Part shown: piece by piece, positions 61,148 to 64,000 of the stretch
How positions within the stretch are numbered: position 1 is the stretch's first letter
Layout of the letters: each line of letters starts with the position of its first letter
Source: Clostridium sp. CAG:609
GTDB lineage: Bacteria > Bacillota_I > Bacilli_A > RF39 > UBA660
Assembly: GCA_000438075.1 (NCBI GenBank)
Contig: FR903536.1
Span: 30,937-94,936 of the forward strand
Direction: 5' to 3'
DNA: 64,000 bases
Position numbers and translations under genes: made by a program
The notes under the pieces: generated by a model
Databases searched by the model: none
The model's input: the letters and a program-made list of their open reading frames with translations, nothing else
Told to the model about the DNA's origin: nothing

Positions 61148-61666
61148 TTATTCAAATGAGAATGTAACAACATCTGTAATACTATATCTTGCATTTATTG
61201 ATGGAATTAATAAACCACCTGATTCACCACTTTTAATACTCTTTCCATCCTTTGTAAACACAAAATACATATCGTCAGTTATTTCTTCTTTACTAAATTC
61301 AACTTGAAGTTTACCACTAGCCTTGAAATAAACTTTATTAAAGTCATCAATACCATAGTAATTTAAAATATCTAACATTTTAACACCTTTATAAGTATGG
61401 TATTCATTTTCATAAGATTCATCCATAACAGCAGCTATTTCATAAGTTTTTAAATCTTTGATATCTTCATTTGTTAAAGTACTATCATATATACCACTAA
61501 TTGAAACAACAAATTTAGGTAATGTATAATCAACTTCTTTAACATCTTTAATACCTCTTTCAGCTATTAAGTTGTTATGTTTATTACTTTCTAACTTATT
61601 AGTTAAAAATACACAACCAAGTGTTAATAAAATACTAACACATGCTGTAATAATAATTTTTTTCAC
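61148..61666 (-). CDS. putative lipoprotein, unknown function
   Basis: Signal peptide with lipobox-like LTLGC (MKKIIITACVSILLTLGCVF), 172 aa. Confidence 0.6.
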   Translation of the reverse strand: MKKIIITACVSILLTLGCVFLTNKLESNKHNNLIAERGIKDVKEVDYTLPKFVVSISGIYDSTLTNEDIKDLKTYEIAAVMDESYENEYHTYKGVKMLDILNYYGIDDFNKVYFKASGKLQVEFSKEEITDDMYFVFTKDGKSIKSGESGGLLIPSINARYSITDVVTFSFE

Positions 61667-61683
61667 GTTTCCTCCTTATTCTA

Positions 61684-63498
61684 TTATGGTTTTCTACCAT
61701 TACTTGTATCATATAATGGTTTACCATTTGAGTCATTCCATTTACCATTATTTTGTGTATAACCACAAGAACCCTTACAATCACTATTTCCTTTTGCTAG
61801 ATCTTGATTTTTTTGATGCAACTCATCTTGTTTAGCTTTCTTTTCAGCTTCAGACATTGAATTATTATTTTCAATATCCCACCATTTTTCAGAATTTTGT
61901 TTCATTTGACAAGTAGCATCACAATTAGAACCTCCTCCTGATGGACGACTAGACCCTCCACCTGAAGGACGACTTGGAGTTGGATCAGGATCTGGATCAG
62001 GAACATAACAAGCTTCATAATAAGTATTATGTGATTTTACACTTGAAGTATTACCAGCAGCATCCTTAGCATAACTATATAATGTATAAGTTGTACCACA
62101 AGAATAACTAAATGATGTTGATACTGATGAGAAACAACTACTATTTTTAGAAGGAGTTCCTCCAGTTGTTGCACAAACATAAACAGTTACATTACCAGAA
62201 CCTCCATTATTATCTTCATACCTTGGTTTACTAATTGAACCAGCTCCTATAGAACCACCACTAACATAATGAGGTGGAGTATTATCATAATATACTTTAT
62301 AAGAACTTATTCCACTACATTTACCAGCTTCATTACATGCTTTAACATAAATTGTTTGTCTATTATAATTAGTTGATATGTTACCTAAACTATTACCAAT
62401 ATTATTTAAATTATTAGCATTAGTTCCATAATAGAACTTAACTTCACTCTTACTTTCATCACCCATGCCTTTACTAAATGTTAAAGTAAATGGGTTACCT
62501 GTATGCCACTTACCAGATCTAATTCCATCACTAGCACTAATTTCTGGATTCTTTGGTGTAGCACTATCAATTCTTTCAATTGTAAATGTTTCAGTAGTTA
62601 CATTACCAACATTATCACTTACACAATATTTATAAGTTCCTGTAGATGTATAAGTATTTTTATTATCACTTTGGTACTTACCACAATCTTCATTTTCACC
62701 TACAAATGAATAACCTTTAATTCCTGAACCAGTCATATCAGTTGCACTAATTACAACTTCTTTTGATAGAGCCCAATTTGTATCATATTTAGCTTCTTCA
62801 ATAACTGGGAATTGTTTATCAATACCAACTACATTACTAACTTCCCCTTGTAATTTTTTACCATCTTCTTGATCAATTGTAACTTCACAACGATAAGTAC
62901 TCATATTTACTAAAGCATCTTCAGTGTTTGTTAATATCTTACTTTCAGTACTTGATAAACCACTTGTACTTGTCCAATTAAATGATGCATTTTCTACAAC
63001 CTTACCATTACTATATTTAATAGCTAGTGTAACATCATCTTTAAACCACGCATCACTTGATAAAGCATCACAATTACCATTGCTATCTAATACACACATT
63101 TGAAAAGCACTAGTTTTTTCATATGTATTACATTTACCATCACTCTTACCTAAATCTTCACTAAGTTTTGATACATATTGTCCATCCTCAAAAGTACTTT
63201 TAATAATATAACAATTCATACTTTCATTATTCTGAGGGTTATATATATCACTTTGATCATCAGGCTTAATTACCCCTTCTTTGATTAGGTCTTCAACACT
63301 AATTGTTGTAATATTAGTTTTATTAGCATATTCTTGAGCCTTAGCTTCTAAGTATGTTACTAAATTATCATAATCTTTTTTAAGTATATTTTTTCTAACA
63401 CTTATAAATATCGCACTAGATAAAGCAACTACTAAACTAAGAACCACAACTACAGCAATTAATTCAATTAATGTGAACCCTTTTTTCTTCGCTTTCAT
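61684..63498 (-). CDS. large (604 aa) protein with a type IV prepilin (class III) signal peptide
   Basis: MKAKKKG|FTLIELIAVVVVLSLVV has Gly at -1, Phe at +1 and Glu at +5. This is followed by ~480 aa of beta-rich extracellular sequence, a PDPDPDPT linker, tandem SRPSGGGS x2, and a Cys-rich C-terminal ~90 aa. Confidence 0.8.
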   Translation of the reverse strand: MKAKKKGFTLIELIAVVVVLSLVVALSSAIFISVRKNILKKDYDNLVTYLEAKAQEYANKTNITTISVEDLIKEGVIKPDDQSDIYNPQNNESMNCYIIKSTFEDGQYVSKLSEDLGKSDGKCNTYEKTSAFQMCVLDSNGNCDALSSDAWFKDDVTLAIKYSNGKVVENASFNWTSTSGLSSTESKILTNTEDALVNMSTYRCEVTIDQEDGKKLQGEVSNVVGIDKQFPVIEEAKYDTNWALSKEVVISATDMTGSGIKGYSFVGENEDCGKYQSDNKNTYTSTGTYKYCVSDNVGNVTTETFTIERIDSATPKNPEISASDGIRSGKWHTGNPFTLTFSKGMGDESKSEVKFYYGTNANNLNNIGNSLGNISTNYNRQTIYVKACNEAGKCSGISSYKVYYDNTPPHYVSGGSIGAGSISKPRYEDNNGGSGNVTVYVCATTGGTPSKNSSCFSSVSTSFSYSCGTTYTLYSYAKDAAGNTSSVKSHNTYYEACYVPDPDPDPTPSRPSGGGSSRPSGGGSNCDATCQMKQNSEKWWDIENNNSMSEAEKKAKQDELHQKNQDLAKGNSDCKGSCGYTQNNGKWNDSNGKPLYDTSNGRKP

Positions 63499-63556
63499 TT
63501 CTATCCTCCTATAATAAGGATAGACTAAAACACAAAAAAAGTCAATATATTTTATA

Positions 63557-64000
63557 TCAACTTTTCACTAAATTACATACTAAATTTATTTCTTTATTTT
63601 TAAATTTATTAAGTCCCAAAAATTCACTAACCTTATTATATATATCTAAATCTAATGTATCAATTAATTCAAAACTAAATTCACGTTGAAATAAGTCTAC
63701 GTAATAAGCTATATTTTTTTCTTTTTCATTAACACATTCTACTTTATAACTAAAAAGTTCTTCTAAAGAATTAGTATTACCTCCAATTATTTTTTCAATT
63801 ACTTCATATAAATAAGGATTAATTAATTCAATAGTATTTACTTCATATATGTCTAAATCACCATAAAAATCTTCTTTAACTCCAATTTTTTTATATTCAA
63901 ATTTTTTATAGCTTATTCCAACACTTCTATGGGGTAACCCATATGTCATATAACAATTACATCTTTCTATATTACAATCCTTTATTAAATCTTTTTCTAT
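63557..64000 (-). CDS. hypothetical protein, possibly 5'-truncated by the window edge
   Basis: The track ORF starts at ATG 63949, but the frame stays open to position 64000 (IEKDLIKDCNIERCNCY upstream of the Met). No motif was recognised. Confidence 0.5.
   Translation of the reverse strand: MEKDLIKDCNIERCNCYMTYGLPHRSVGISYKKFEYKKIGVKEDFYGDLDIYEVNTIELINPYLYEVIEKIIGGNTNSLEELFSYKVECVNEKEKNIAYYVDLFQREFSFELIDTLDLDIYNKVSEFLGLNKFKNKEINLVCNLVKS

Overview
Very AT-rich, standard-code (TGA is used as a stop) Bacillota-type chromosome segment. Almost every gene is on the minus strand. The gene content looks origin-proximal: parA-parB, DUF951, ychF, rpsF-ssb-rpsR, rplI-dnaB, then the complete S10-spc-alpha ribosomal protein cluster (rpsJ to rplQ, 47.1-60.9 kb). 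The left third holds accessory and envelope genes: a MacB-type ABC exporter with a membrane-anchored XRE regulator, a secreted EndA-like nuclease, VanY, MscS, tandem FemAB genes, LemA, and a BclA-like collagen-repeat protein. The most unusual element is a self-contained ~11.6 kb Gram-positive type IV secretion operon (11.6-23.2 kb). It encodes a VirB2-like protein, a VirB6-like protein, a PrgI/VirB3-like protein, VirB4 split over two abutting ORFs, a 986-aa multi-module cell-wall hydrolase, an anchored protein, and a VirD4 coupling protein. It has its own promoter and terminators, but no relaxase, integrase, replication gene or att-like boundary is visible anywhere in the window. Other points worth a second look: two near-identical paralogous anchored surface proteins, one carrying a 53-nt GC-rich insertion with a 9-nt direct repeat at its stop codon; a 30-bp near-perfect inverted repeat downstream of rplQ; a 604-aa protein with a type IV prepilin signal; a 126-bp near-perfect tandem repeat inside the collagen-like gene; an rpsF leader hairpin; and an unexplained 490-bp intergenic region. 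No rRNA, tRNA or CRISPR array was found. All functional calls rest on motifs read by eye from the translations and on synteny; no database search was run.
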